This document shows, one piece after another, positions 52,431 to 64,000 of a stretch of 64,000 bases of DNA. A model generated the notes under the pieces. It did no database searches. It worked only from the letters and a program-made list of their open reading frames with translations, and was not told the DNA's origin. Source of the DNA: Podarcis liolepis. Taxonomy: Eukaryota. The position numbers and the translations under genes are program-made. Where the stretch lies: assembly GCA_965112155.1 (NCBI GenBank), contig OZ218103.1; one strand, written 5' to 3'. Each line of letters starts with the position of its first letter. The stretch's first letter is position 1.

Positions 52431-53859
52431 ATAGCACCTCTGTCTTTCACTCATTGGTGTTTTTGTATTTTCACTTTACTACTGATTTATTGCAGGAACA
52501 ACCACTGGGAGTACCTCTATCACTGTGACAGCTGTACTTCTCAAAATACTAGTACCTCTGGAAAATTAAGCACTTGTAGAACATTAAAACATGTGGTCCA
52601 GTCCTTATGGGACTGTACATGTCTCATATATGTAGGTGGATAACTGCTTGCTTGAAAGTGCTCTTAGCACCTCAAAGTTACCACATACACATAAATGCTA
52701 TGCACCTGAGAGAAGGTTACAAACAGATGCTCCTCCTACTGTATACTTTAGGTGGTATATATAACATTTAACTAGTATTTCATTCTAAGCCTTTGCGGAA
52801 AGAAAATTGTAGGCAGTTGCAAGCTGTAAACAATTTTTGGCATTTTAGAAAGAAGCAACTTCCGAGAGTGTCCTCCTAAAACAGTATTCTGTACTCCTTT
52901 ACTAGCTATAATAGAATGTGAGACACGATAATCAGTGTGGAAAAGGGGAATAACACCATATGGCTGAATCAGAAGCAAAGTAGTTACCATGGTAGTAGAA
53001 GCACACATAGCCACTCCAGGAAGGAGAAATATTATGCAATCATATAATTAGAAAAAGTGGTTGGATTAAAAAAAAGTGCATATAGCATTAAATCCTATTA
53101 TATAAACTTGCTTCATTGTTATAACAGAAAATTACCCATAACTTTTCATTTTTTAACTCCCTTATGACTGAGAAATTATTTATCTAATTTTTATTTGTTT
53201 AGTTTTATATAAAAGGGCATCTACTATATGTATCATCCTGCTAGTGATATTTGAGGTGGAAGAAGAAGAAATAAACCATGTTGTTTTTATTGTAAACGGA
53301 AATAATACTTATGGCCATATGGCTAAAGATGTACTGTACTTTAGAACTGCCTTGTATGCTATGTGTTTACCCTGTTCTTAGAAACAGACTTGTGGCTTCA
53401 AAGCTTGCTTGTTATCCTACCTATTCTTTTCTCCTAGGGCCCCCTCCTAAGTCCCAAAATTAAGACAGATGCACCCAGTGCTCTGTGCTACATTTGAATG
53501 GGTGAAGAAGGGTAGTTCCAAGTATGATCCATTTTTATCATTCTTTTAAAAAAATTAATATTTTAATTGGTTTTTTCATTTTATCCAGCACATTGTAAAC
53601 TGCACATCATGGCAATAAAGATCAAATTCCATTACACCAGTAAAGTACAAATAAAAAACTTCAAAAACCAGAAATAACATTATCTGTGGTACACTGCATA
53701 CCAAGAGGGCAGATGACTGGCAACCAACTGGAACATGGTGACTATTCCATATTTAGTGTTGCAGCGGTATGCTAAAATGTGCTTTTGTGCATGGAGACAC
53801 TTATAAATGTTCAAATGTTTCCTCACTGGGTTGTCTTAGCAAACCAGTCTCTGTATATA

Positions 53860-55700
53860 TATTATTTGGAAGAAACTGATTTTCTGGATCCATTTCAATC
53901 GGGGTTTAGGCTTGGTTTTGGCACAGAAACTGCTTTGGTTGCCCTGTATGATGACCTCTTTAGAGAAACAAGGGAAACATGTCCCTGTTAATTCTTCTCG
54001 ACCTCTCAGTGGTTTTCAATACCATTGACCACGGTATCCTTCTGGAACGACTCTCCAAACTAGGGGTGGGTGGCACCGCTTTGCGGTGGTTCCAGTCCTA
54101 CTTGGATGGTCATTCCCAGAGGGTGTTGCTTGGGGAATGCTTTTCAGCCCCATGGAACCTTCAATGTGGGGTTCCTCAGGGCTCAGTCCTATCCCCCATG
54201 TTGTTTAACATCTACATGAAACCACTGGGTGGGGTTATCTGGAGGTTTGGAGTACGTTGTCAGCAGTATGCTGATGACACTCTGCTCTATTTCTCCTTTA
54301 CATCTGCAGGTGAGGCAGTGGAAGTGCTGGACTAGTGTCTTACCTCAGTAATAGACTGGTTGAGAGCCAACAAACTGAAACTCAATCCAGATAAGACTAA
54401 GGCACTGTTAGTGGGTGGTTCCCTAGATCAGATGGGAGGGAGATTGCCTGCTCTTGATGGGGTTACATTTCCTCTGAAGAAGCAGAGTCGCAGCCTGGGG
54501 GTATTCCTGGATCCTTTGCTGTTGCTTGAGGCTCAGGTGGCCTCAGTGGCCTGGAGTGCCTTCCATCAGCTTCGGCTGGTGGCCCAGCTACGCCCCCATC
54601 TGGACAGGGATAGCTTAACTACTATTGTCTATGCTCTGGTAACCTAATGTTAGATTACTGCAATGTGTTATACGCAGAGCTGTCAACTTACAGATTTGAA
54701 AATAAGGGACCAGCAGCCTCAAAAATAAGGGATCAGCAGCCAAAATAAGGGATTTTCCTAGCATAGGTATGTTCAACTTCTGAGCCCCTCTGAGCCAAAG
54801 GCAGAAAGCCCACCCAGCAGCCAAACGAAGCCTCAAGCAAAGGTTCCCACAGCGCAGCAACCCAGCAAAGGGGATGCAGCAAGGAAAACCACCGTCACCT
54901 CTCCGCTGGGAAGCGCTGAGCAAAGGCGAGTCTCCAGGCAACGTGGCTGATTTGATCGGCACAAGGCATGCAAGCTCCACCCCCCAGTCATTCTTAGACT
55001 CCTTATTGGGTGAGCAACGCAGCCAAGCAACACAGTTGGAGCCTCCCTGGCTGGCAGGGAGGGAGGGAGGGAGGGAGAGGAGCTGCTTCCTTTGAAACCC
55101 GGGAAATTTAAGGGAGAGCAGCGGGACACAGCGCCTGGATAAGGGACTTTCCCGCCAAATAAGGGACAGTTGACAGCTATGGTTATACGTAAGGCTGCCT
55201 CTAGATGGTTTGGAAACTTCAGCTAGTGCAGAATTCAGCTGTCAGGTTGCTCACTGGAGCAAGACAGTTTGAGCATATTACACCAACCCTAGTCTGACTG
55301 CACTGGCTACCAATTAGTTTCTGGGCCCAATTCAAAGTTCAGGTTTTGACCTATAAAGCCTTAAACGGCCCAGGACTGCAATACCTCAAGGACCACCTCT
55401 TTCCATATGAACCTACCTGGACCCTGAGATCATCTTCTGAGGCCCTTCTTTGTGCGCCTCCTCCTTGAGAGGTTCAGAGGGTGGCAACACGAAAACGCCC
55501 CTTCTCTGCAGTGGCTCCTTGTCTGGAATGCTTTCCCTAGGGAAAGTCGCCTGGCGCCTTCATTATACACCTTTAGGCCCCAGGCAAAAACATTCCTTCT
55601 TAACCAGGCCTTTGGTTGATTTGATTGACATCCTATGCCCTTTTAAAATGTAGGGTTGGGGGGGGGGCGTTATTGGGTTGTTGTTTTTATTTTGATGATA
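53860..55700 (+). mobile_element. 5'-truncated L2-clade LINE with a disrupted reverse transcriptase
   Basis: [62 protein letters not shown]; frameshift near 53985 and stop at 54333. Confidence 0.92.
54675..55181. mobile_element. hAT non-autonomous transposon nested in the L2
   Basis: TIR CAGAGCTGTCAACT...AGTTGACAGCTATG; perfect 8-bp TSD GTTATACG; repeated AATAAGGGA subterminal motifs. Confidence 0.9.
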
Positions 55701-56788
55701 TATTTGGCAGTTTACATTCAGGAGGACAGGGTGCATCCTAATTATAATTTATATCTCTGTCGCTTCTTCAGCCTCCAAGGAAAGCTATACAATGAAGGTG
55801 CCAGATACACCTCTTTCAAGAAGGAATCCTGCAGCTTTGGGGCCACCAGAGAGCCCCCTCCTGGCCACAGCTCTTTCAGTATATGGAATATGGAGGTAAC
55901 AATAATAACCCACTCAGCACTGTCGTACATATTTTCAATATAATGCATAGGAGGCGTGCTGAATATGACTTGAGACTTGCACCCTCTTGTGCCAGGGGGA
56001 CATATTTCATTTTTATAATCTGAAAATCTCCCTGTCCTTACGCTGTAGTCCTGTTACTCACTTTCCTGGGAGTCTGCCTCACGGAACTAAAGGGAACTTC
56101 TGCGTAGAAACGCACAGCTGTGCGCCATTCATTCATTATTATTATTTTTAAAAGCACCATATTCTGTACAGTATACCCTGGCAGGTGAGGCTGAAAGGTC
56201 ACCTGGCCTCTCTGTCTCCGCCGCATTTCTCTGCGCGCGCATTCCTCGCCTCCGGCTTCCTCGGAAGACAGGGCTGGGGGCGGGACGAGGGGCTCGCGGC
56301 TGCTCCTCCCCTCCGCCTCCCCTTTGTTGTACCGCCTATCCGTGTTGGCGTGGGGATGCGCGCGTGCGCCAAACGAATTAAGCGTCAGCTACGCGCGAGA
56401 GGGGGCAACAGGGGGTGTGTCGTCTCTTCCTAACCCCCCCCCCCAAGAAACAACATATTTTGTCTCCCGAACCACTTTTTTCCTGCCCCAATCTTCAGTC
56501 CTAGAATACGAGGAGGCGGAGACCACTGGCCTTTCCCCTCATTGTGCATCTAAACAGCCTGGCCGCACACACGTCTGGGACTGGGACTCACCTTGGCAGA
56601 AAGGTTTTCTGGGTCCTTCCCTTTTCGTTTTATACGTAAAGCAGCGACAAACATGCATTTTAAATATAACCCTTTTTTCAGAGCCCCCTCTAAAAAAAAT
56701 GCGTGCCTTCGCCCCTGCCCCATGCATTCATACAGGCAGCCACCAGCGACGCACAATTTCTAAAAAGAAGACCACGTGAGCTCTAGCG

Positions 56789-56922
56789 TAGGCTTTCCTC
56801 AGCCTGATGCTCTCCAGTTGTTTTGGACTACAATTCCCATCAGCCTTAGCTAGCAAATGCAGGCTGGGGCTGATGGGAATTGTAGTCTAAAACATCAGGA
56901 GGGCACTAAGTCAGGGAAGGCA
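56789..56922. mobile_element. Foldback hAT-like MITE
   Basis: Palindromic arms; TSD CTCTAGCG/CTCTAGTG. Confidence 0.75.
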
Positions 56923-57170
56923 CTCTAGTGGCTGACAATGTGATAAACACACTGGGCATAAGAGTACTGTAGGAGTGTTTCAAAATACTTAAAGGATTCA
57001 GGGCCCATGGAGGAAATGTCTAAAAGACCTCTGGGAAAATTAAGGTAGCAGGTGTCCCACTGGCACTGCATTTTGCAGCATACCCAGCAAAGTAAACAAA
57101 AGCACACACAGCTTGTTTAGAGCTAAAAGCAAAGCTCTTAGGAAGGATCAGCTGGGATGGTGTTTAGGAT

Positions 57171-57192
57171 AGCAGCAGCAGCAGCAGCAGCA
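57171..57192. repeat. (AGC)7 trinucleotide repeat
   Basis: Read directly. Confidence 0.9.
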
Positions 57193-57329
57193 TCCTCTTC
57201 CGAATCCTCATTACTAGAGTATCATAATAAATTACCATAACCGAGTATGGTTGGATTACTATGTTAAGGTGTTAATTTGCTGGAGACAAATTAGGAACTC
57301 CAATCCTTGCGAAGCTGGTTTGAGAAACA

Positions 57330-58320
57330 GCACATCAGGCCGTAGTACCTTCTTGCAAAATACGGGCTGCATACGCATTTCGGATAACATCGTTTGAACA
57401 CGGATAAAAACGCAGTGAGTGCGCAGTAAACCGGAGTGTGAACACAACCTGAGTACTGTACAGCAATCTCAAAAAACCATCCTGATGCTTTTCGTCATTA
57501 CGGCCTTCCTTCGCGTTTATTCAGGCGCCTGCTGCCCTCTACCGTCCCCAGTTGCCCATGGCACGTTGTCCTGCCCACGCTTGCCCGGGCCCGGCTCCTC
57601 CTCGCCCCTCGAGGATTGGCCGCGGCTCTTCTGGCTCTGATCTGCGCTGTCAGTCACGCGCTTCTCGGCTCTTCCTGGTGGCGGCTGGAGGGGCGTGAGC
57701 AGCGGCGGCGGCGCAGGTGAGGAAGCGATTGATCGCCTGGCCGGGGCGGGTCTGTTTGGAGCGATCGGAAGCGGCGGCGGACGGGGTTGCGGTGGGACGG
57801 GGGTTGTAGCAATGAAAGCCAATGGAGAGGTGGATTAGACGAGAAGGAAGAGCTGGCGTGGGAGAGGGGGCGGCGGAAGCCTGGCGAGCAAACACCATAA
57901 CCGATTCTTCGGCGCGCGGTCCTTTTCTCTCTCTTAGGTTCGGGAGAAGGGAAGATGGATCCCTAACTGGGGCCGTGACAGTTCCCGGAGCAGTTGTCGT
58001 GGGCCTCCGGGAGTGCTGGAGGGGTAAGCCGTCTGGCGCTCTTGCTTGGAGTCGGAGAAAGGGGTTTAAATTTACTGGGCAAGGCTTGGCCCTCCCCGGA
58101 TTTTGGCCCCAGTTGCCAAGTGACGCTGCTGGGATTGCGCTCGTTACGAATCGCTGCTCCGCGTCCCTGCGTAATTATGCAACCTAATCCTCTGTGCTGC
58201 TGCATGTTTTTACTCGGTTGCATGCGCCACGGAATTAAGGGGGGCTTGTTCCCGAATAGAAAGGCGCACAGCGCGGGACTGCAGCCTTGGAGCCTGATTC
58301 TGAGCATGCCTACTCGGGAG
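57330..58320. promoter_or_regulatory. SMIM29 CpG-island promoter (X-box-like 57551-57564, reverse CCAAT 57615-57619)
   Basis: Nearest CpG island upstream of the SMIM29 coding exon. Confidence 0.75.
57650..57716 (+). other. SMIM29: Probable SMIM29 non-coding exon 1
   Basis: Inr-like TCAGTC ~30 nt after the CCAAT box; strong donor CAG|GTGAGG at 57717; TSS approximate. Confidence 0.6.
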
Positions 58321-59479
58321 GAAGTTGTTTGTTAAACTGAGGTTGCTTCTTTGCGTGTAGGATTGCAGCCTGAGAACACTGGGAAGCTGGACGTGAGCTG
58401 GGGTGGAAGGAAGGCTGGCTGTAGGGGAGCCGTTTCTGAAATGAACTACGATGGGAATCAGCTAGCTAGCTAGCTGCACGCTGGTGAATGCAGATTTGAA
58501 GCCCAGGCCTGCCATAGTTCAGGGCCGGCCAATGAACCTGTGCTCTTGAGAGTGTACTGGAGTCCTTTAGTGCGAACAGTTTGGTTCCTTTTGGGAGCAG
58601 GGCCTTGTTGCTCTTTGGATATACTGTTGAGGGACCTTCTACAGCCCAAGGGCCATATTCCCTCCTCGGGATGCCAGTGGTAGGTGAGGAGAGCATATAT
58701 AAAATATATATTTGCACAGTAGGCTTGTTTCTGTGCTGCACACACTCTCACTCACATCCCTCTGGTTTCCCCAATCCAGACAAGCAAGAAGCATGATCAG
58801 AATTCTGTGAAGTGTGTGTGGGAGGGCGTTATTGGGGTGGTTTTGTTGTTACTATGGTATGTATTGTGTGTGTTTATATTGCAAACCATCCTGTGATCCT
58901 TGGATGAAGGGCGGTGTAGAAATTTAATAAATAACTAAACAAACAAACGGATAATATTTTGCCACACTCGAGGAGAGTGCAAAGAAGGGCTGGGGAAGGT
59001 TTTAGCTTGAGGATTATTATTAAACCAGCCTGCGAATTGTAGCTCTGTGAGGGGACTAGGGGGTCTCCTAACAACTCTCTCCGCACTCTTTATCAAACGG
59101 CAGTACCCAGGGTTCTTTGGGGGGTGCCATGGCTGTTTAAAGTGGTATGATAATGTTTTAAATGCATAGTGCAGATGGGGCCATAGTTAGGTGAACTAAC
59201 AATCCCCCCTAGGCAGTGAGGAGCTTTCCAGACATACGTTTCTCAAGCCACTCTGCAGCACACTGGTATACGTGCAGGTCGGCTGGCTTGCAAGTTTTTG
59301 ACCTCTGATAAGCCTTATAGAGTTATCTGCAATATTTTACTTGGGCGGTAGCACGTTACCCCTTCCCCAGTTTTAATCTCACTGTTGCACAACTGCCTGG
59401 TGTTGATAAGGAGGAATGATCATCAGCACCAACATTTGATGTGATGACATTTCCCTCGTAAAAATGTACTTGGGCTGGC

Positions 59480-59660
59480 AGGCTAGGACTTGGGTGACCA
59501 GATTTCAAACCTCCACTCAGCCATGAAGTTTACTGGATTGGGCCAGTCAATCCCCAGCCTGCCCTACCTCATAGGGTTGTCGTGATGATAATATGGAGGG
59601 CGGAGGAGAGGCATGTATGAGCTCCTTGGGGGGGGGGGAAAGGTGGGATATAAATGGAGC
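59480..59660 (+). mobile_element. MIR-like SINE
   Basis: TTCAAACCTCCACTCAGCCATGAAG...CCTACCTCATAGGGTTGTCGTGA core. Confidence 0.55.
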
Positions 59661-60070
59661 AGCAGTCGTCATCATCATCCTCATCCTCTTGAGAACTTAC
59701 TCCAAAGTACCTTGCTGCCCATCCTAAAGCTTGAGGAAATGTGAGGAGACTGGGGTGGAAACTGTTTGATCAAAGGAGTTGTGCCCTTTGGGGGAGGGGC
59801 TCCACATAGAACTTATGCCACACGGCTTACTGTATCTCATGGCTTGAACCAATTCAAAGCTAGGTCGCGGCCATGTCTCAGGATTAGACCCATATTTCAC
59901 TTGCATTTAGGATGAACTACATTTGGGGAAACGGCATTCTCCTTGCGGTGTCTGAGGATCCCTAAGATATGAACTGGTTCCTTCTGCAGATGAAAATCAA
60001 AATGATGAAAGGGGAGTCCTCCGAAAGCTTCTGAACAGGTTGTCTTGACACTGTGTATTCTTTGGAAATA

Positions 60071-60220
60071 TTAGGAACCTAGGAAATGGCTTTATACTGA
60101 ATCAGGGCTTTGGCCCATCCAGTTTAGTATTGTCTTACCTTGGCTGGCGGTGGTCCTCCATGACTTCATGTCCCCAGAAATGCCTGGGATTGAACCTGGA
60201 ACCATCTTTGTGCAAACCAT
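60071..60220 (-). mobile_element. tRNA-derived SINE, minus strand
   Basis: GGGATTGAACC is a reverse B box; TAGGAA tail repeats; degraded relatives near 860-1030 and 43410-43550. Confidence 0.55.
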
Positions 60221-60659
60221 GGGCCCTCCCCCTAAGCTTTTCTTAAGGCACAGCTGCCCTGCTCTCTTGGCAACAGGTCTGTAAGTGGTGACCTTCTGCT
60301 TAGCCAGTAGCACCTCTGACTGTGCCAGTAGTGTAGATTTTGGGGGCCAATAGATGTGCCCTTAAGCACACAGCTTGTTACTCTCCCCCCCCCCAATTAA
60401 TTACAGGGCTTGGAGAGCCTGATTATCACTCTGAAGGGAGACTTCGCTCCTGCACTAAGAGCTCATTGCCTACTAGGGGTGTACCTAGGGTTGGGTTGGG
60501 CCCTGCCAAGGGCACAGGCCCAGGGGGTTGCAAAAAGCACTAGGAAATGTGGAAAGAGCCAATGATTGCCAGGGGTGCAAGGGACTCAGAGTGTGTGCGA
60601 TACAGCTCTTTGCTAAGGGCGCAAGGAAGCCTAGGTGCGTCTCCACCTCCTTTGTTCTG

Positions 60660-60985
60660 CCCAGACACTGAGGTCCAGCTCCAAGGGCCTTCTAGCAGTT
60701 CCCTCGCTGCGAGAAGCCAGGTTACAGGGAACCAGGCAGAGGGCCTTCTCGGTAGTGGCACCTGCCCTGTGGAACGCCCTCCCACCAGATGTCAAAGAGG
60801 AAAATAACTACCAAACTTTTAGAAGACATTTGAAGGCAGCCCTGTTTAGGGAAGCTTTTAATGCTTAATAGGTTATGGTATTTTAGTGTTCTGTTGGAAG
60901 CCGCCCAGAGTGGCTGGGGAAACCCAGCCAGATGGGTAGGGTAGAAATAATAAATTTTATTATTATTATTATTACTACTACTACT
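60660..60985 (+). mobile_element. L2-clade LINE 3' end with (TAT)n tail
   Basis: RAFSVVAPALWNALPPDVK...FRRHLKAALFREAF. Confidence 0.85.
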
Positions 60986-61014
60986 AGTTATGCCTCTGTT
61001 CCCTACAGACCCTC

Positions 61015-61370
61015 TTAGGTGCTGAGATTAGCAGAGGGTGCCCTCTTGGTCGTTCTTCCACCATCAGAGGCTTGGGGGTGGTGGGGGTGGTGGCAGCAGC
61101 CCAGGAGAGGGCATTCTGTGTGGTGGCCCCTAAGCTGTGGAACTCCTCTTTGCAAAAGTCCCCTTGGCACTATCATTGCACGGCTTCCAGAGTGAGCTGA
61201 AAGATGTGCCTCTTTACTTTTGCTTTTGACACTTTAGTTATATCTTTTTAGGACCCAACTTATATTTGTGATTGTGAGTTGTTTTAAACAGTGTTTAATA
61301 TTGTGTTTTAATGTTGTAACCCGCCCTGGGCCCTTAGGGTGGGTAAGTAAGAATAACAGTAACAATAATA
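61015..61370 (+). mobile_element. Older L2-clade LINE 3' end
   Basis: GGGCATTCTGTGTGGTGGCCCCTAAGCTGTGGAACTCC...GTAACCCGCCCTGGG. Confidence 0.6.
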
Positions 61371-62129
61371 GTTTGTAAGTCACTTTGGGTTGCACTGGGC
61401 AAGATAAAGCACTTAACAACTTTATTTAAATTATTATTATTAATGGGGTTCCCTCCCCTCCCCTCCCTGGATTAGGAGGGACCCTTTTTGCTTAAAAAAG
61501 ATGGTTTTTGACATTTTGGTTTGGACTGGTGGATGGAGCAAATTAAGATGACTGAACCGGGAGTTGTGCTCTGTATACATTGCAGGGAGGTGCAGGTGGT
61601 GCTCTCCCTTTCCTCCTGCTCCCCCCCCCCATTGGGAAAAAGAGCCAAACATGGCTGAATGGGCAAAACTTCCAGTCCTGTACTGCTGTGTTTGCAGTGC
61701 TCTTGTCCTTCCTTTCCATTGGAGCAGCTTCTTCCACATCAAACTGCCTTGGGGCAAACAGCATTGCTTAACAGAGCAGTAGCAAAGAACCTCCTCGCTT
61801 GCCTTTTAATCTTTTATCTTGCTTCAGACACTGTGGATCCATGCCTCGAGGCTAAATACCACTTAAAAGGGTTTTATTCACCCCCTCTGTAGTACCGAAT
61901 CTAATGCGAAGGGGGGCGGGAACATGTGACTGGCTTGTGACTTAATGTACCGCCTCATGCGCAGTTGTTGTTTTTTTTTTGGGGGGGGAGAAGGAGAAGA
62001 GAGGATCATGGCTGCTTGAAGAATGTGTTTTAATCTTTTGACTGTTTGTTTTTGTGATCGCCAGACAGACTGTCCGATGAAGACGGAAGCTGCTTTGCTG
62101 TTCCCCCTTGAGCTACAGCTTCCTATGCC

Positions 62130-62240
62130 ATGAGTAACACCACTATGCCCACCTCTGCTGGGCCGCCCAACGACTCCTTGGTGGGCTACGTTCTGGTGCC
62201 ATTTTTTCTTATCACTGTCGTCGGAGTCATCGTAGCTGTG
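62130..62240 (+). CDS. SMIM29: Small integral membrane protein 29 (C6orf1), first coding exon; exon starts at 62065; gene incomplete in window
   Basis: MSNTTMPTSAGPPNDSLVGYVLVPFFLITVVGVIVAV|gtgagt resembles recalled human [37 protein letters not shown]; N-glycosylation sequons plus TM helix; expected synteny. Confidence 0.9.
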
Positions 62241-62334
62241 GTGAGTTGTCTTGAATTCAACCAGAAGAGCTCCAAATGCTACACATTTATTTACTGGGTT
62301 TCTAACATGGTCATTAAAAATAATCCGAGAGCAG

Positions 62335-62474
62335 NNNNNNNNNNNNNNNNNNNNNNNNNNNNNNNNNNNNNNNNNNNNNNNNNNNNNNNNNNNNNNNNNN
62401 NNNNNNNNNNNNNNNNNNNNNNNNNNNNNNNNNNNNNNNNNNNNNNNNNNNNNNNNNNNNNNNNNNNNNNNNNN
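62335..62474. other. Assembly gap (140 N)
   Basis: Run of N. Confidence 1.
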
Positions 62475-62627
62475 GTGGATAGTTCAGTTGATTAGAGCAA
62501 TGGTGCTGATAACCTCAACAATGCAGGTTCGATCAACATAAGGGACAGTTGTATATTTCTGCATTGCAGAGGGCTGGACTAGATGACCCTCAGGGTCCCT
62601 TCCAACTCTACAGTTCTATGATTCTAT
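62475..62627 (+). mobile_element. tRNA-derived SINE with CR1-like 3' tail (Squam-type)
   Basis: A box TAGTTCAGTTGATTAGAGC, B box GGTTCGATC, tail CCCTTCCAACTCTACAGTTCTATGATTCTAT; tail-only relatives at ~2460-2525 and ~32018-32050. Confidence 0.75.
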
Positions 62628-63022
62628 ACTGAAAGAAAAAGGTCTCTAAGTGACCTTTGGTTAAAAGCCAAAATGGCTTAACTTCATTAGACCTTTTCAG
62701 ACAACCTAGAAACAAACCCAGCAGGAAAACTTCAAAAACAGCAGCAGCCAGAACATTTCATCCGATAGGCCATCAACAAGCTTGTCACAAACTGTGCAAA
62801 TGCCTGGGAGATGAAATAAGTTTTAATCTGGTGCTGAGGTGGATGGTGCCACCACTGGGAAGAGCATTGCACAGAAGGGGAGCCACAACCCAAAGCCCCT
62901 CTGTCTTGTTGCCACCCTCTGAACATCTCTCAAAGATGGCACCCAGATGAGGGTCTTTTGGAGAAAGGTTCCTATTGGGAGAGGTCCTCCAAAAGACATT
63001 GGGGTCCTAATCACAACCAGTA

Positions 63023-63248
63023 CAGTGGTACCTTGGGTTAAGTACTTAATTCGTTCCAGAGGTCTGTTCTTAACCTGAAACTGTTCTTAACCTGAAGCAC
63101 CACTTTAGCTAATGGGGCCTCCTGCTGCTGCTGCGCCGCCGCTGCACGATTTCTGTTCTCATCCTGAAACAAAGTTCTTAACCCGAGGTAATATTTCTGG
63201 GTTAGCGGAGTCTGTAACCTGAAGTGTATGTAACCCAAGGTACCACTG
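63023..63248. mobile_element. Tc1/mariner-type MITE, TAACCTGAAG family
   Basis: TA|CAGTGGTACCTTGGGTTA ... TAACCCAAGGTACCACTG|TA. Confidence 0.9.
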
Positions 63249-64000
63249 TACTTTGAACTGAGCCAGGAAACAGAATAGTACATAAGTTATATAAACCAAA
63301 TCATACTTTGAAACATCAACAGTAGCAAAACACACTGATCTAGTGGGGCAGCTTTGCCCATCTTTACCAACAACAAGTTAAGCAGAGGCTTAGGTTCAAA
63401 AATGTATTTTCGTTACAGCAATGGAATACATGGATCTGCCCCTTCCCCCCCCCGAAATCCCCCCCCCCCCAGTATAAATCCCTGAGCAAATCTCTTGTAA
63501 AAGTAGCTGGTTCAAATCAAGCGGCTGGGCAGCTGGCTGTTGTCTCGGTATTTGGTCCTGGCTGCAGCTGCGTTTCCGTTTCTTACCAGCGGTGTTGCCA
63601 AATTTGTCTCAGAAACTGCTGAGCCTCATCTGGAATTAGCATGACATCTGGTGAGGTGCATGAGTGGGTGCAGTGAGGAGCGCTTGGTCTGTTTGGCTGA
63701 TGCTTTGCTTGTTCTGTGGCGAGAGGAACATTTGACTGGTTGTAGAGCCCCATAAAGGGTGATGGGTGAATGGGGAAGCTCGGTCATTCACTGTGTCCTG
63801 CTGAGCCTTGCCACCTTTTCTGCCTTCTCACTTCTGCATTATAAAGTTGCACCTTCTTTCCAAACCATTTCCCCTTCCTGTTGAGCTAGAAGGCAGCCAA
63901 ACTCCCCTGCCATGTACTACAATAACCTTTAGTTTTTACTTAACCCTACTGTAATCAGCGGGCTGCTAAGCAGAAGTGGGCAGAAGGTAGAGCTAGATCT

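Noticed and set aside
53979-54647. Functional reverse transcriptase gene
   Set aside because: 5'-truncated L2 with a frameshift, stops and a nested insertion.
62241-62541. ORF-track extension of SMIM29 through the N gap
   Set aside because: The coding exon ends at a consensus donor (62241); the next expected exon (VMY.QKKKR-like) is not visible in the window.

Overview
Vertebrate genomic DNA from a squamate reptile, probably a lacertid lizard (inferred from Sauria-type SINEs, L2/CR1 LINEs and TA-flanked CAGTGGTACC MITEs). It carries the conserved synteny block RPS10 - NUDT3 - SMIM29 (C6orf1), all on the + strand. RPS10 is complete (6 exons, 165 aa, TCT/5'TOP start). NUDT3/DIPP1 is complete (5 coding exons, 170 aa, 16.5-kb intron 1, long TE-poor 3' UTR). 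SMIM29 is partial (non-coding exon 1 in a CpG island plus the first coding exon), with a 140-N assembly gap in the following intron. The rest is intron or intergenic DNA rich in transposon fragments. The best leads are: a young Tc1/mariner-type MITE whose interior is a tandem array of GC hairpins; a head-to-head Sauria SINE pair forming a ~280-bp stem; a candidate poison exon in RPS10 intron 3; preserved in-frame RPS10-NUDT3 read-through potential; an AUGA-overlapping uORF on SMIM29; and a speculative unannotated spliced micro-ORF transcript between NUDT3 and SMIM29. All protein and repeat identifications come from recalled family motifs, not database searches. No prokaryote-type system (e.g. 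CRISPR) is present.
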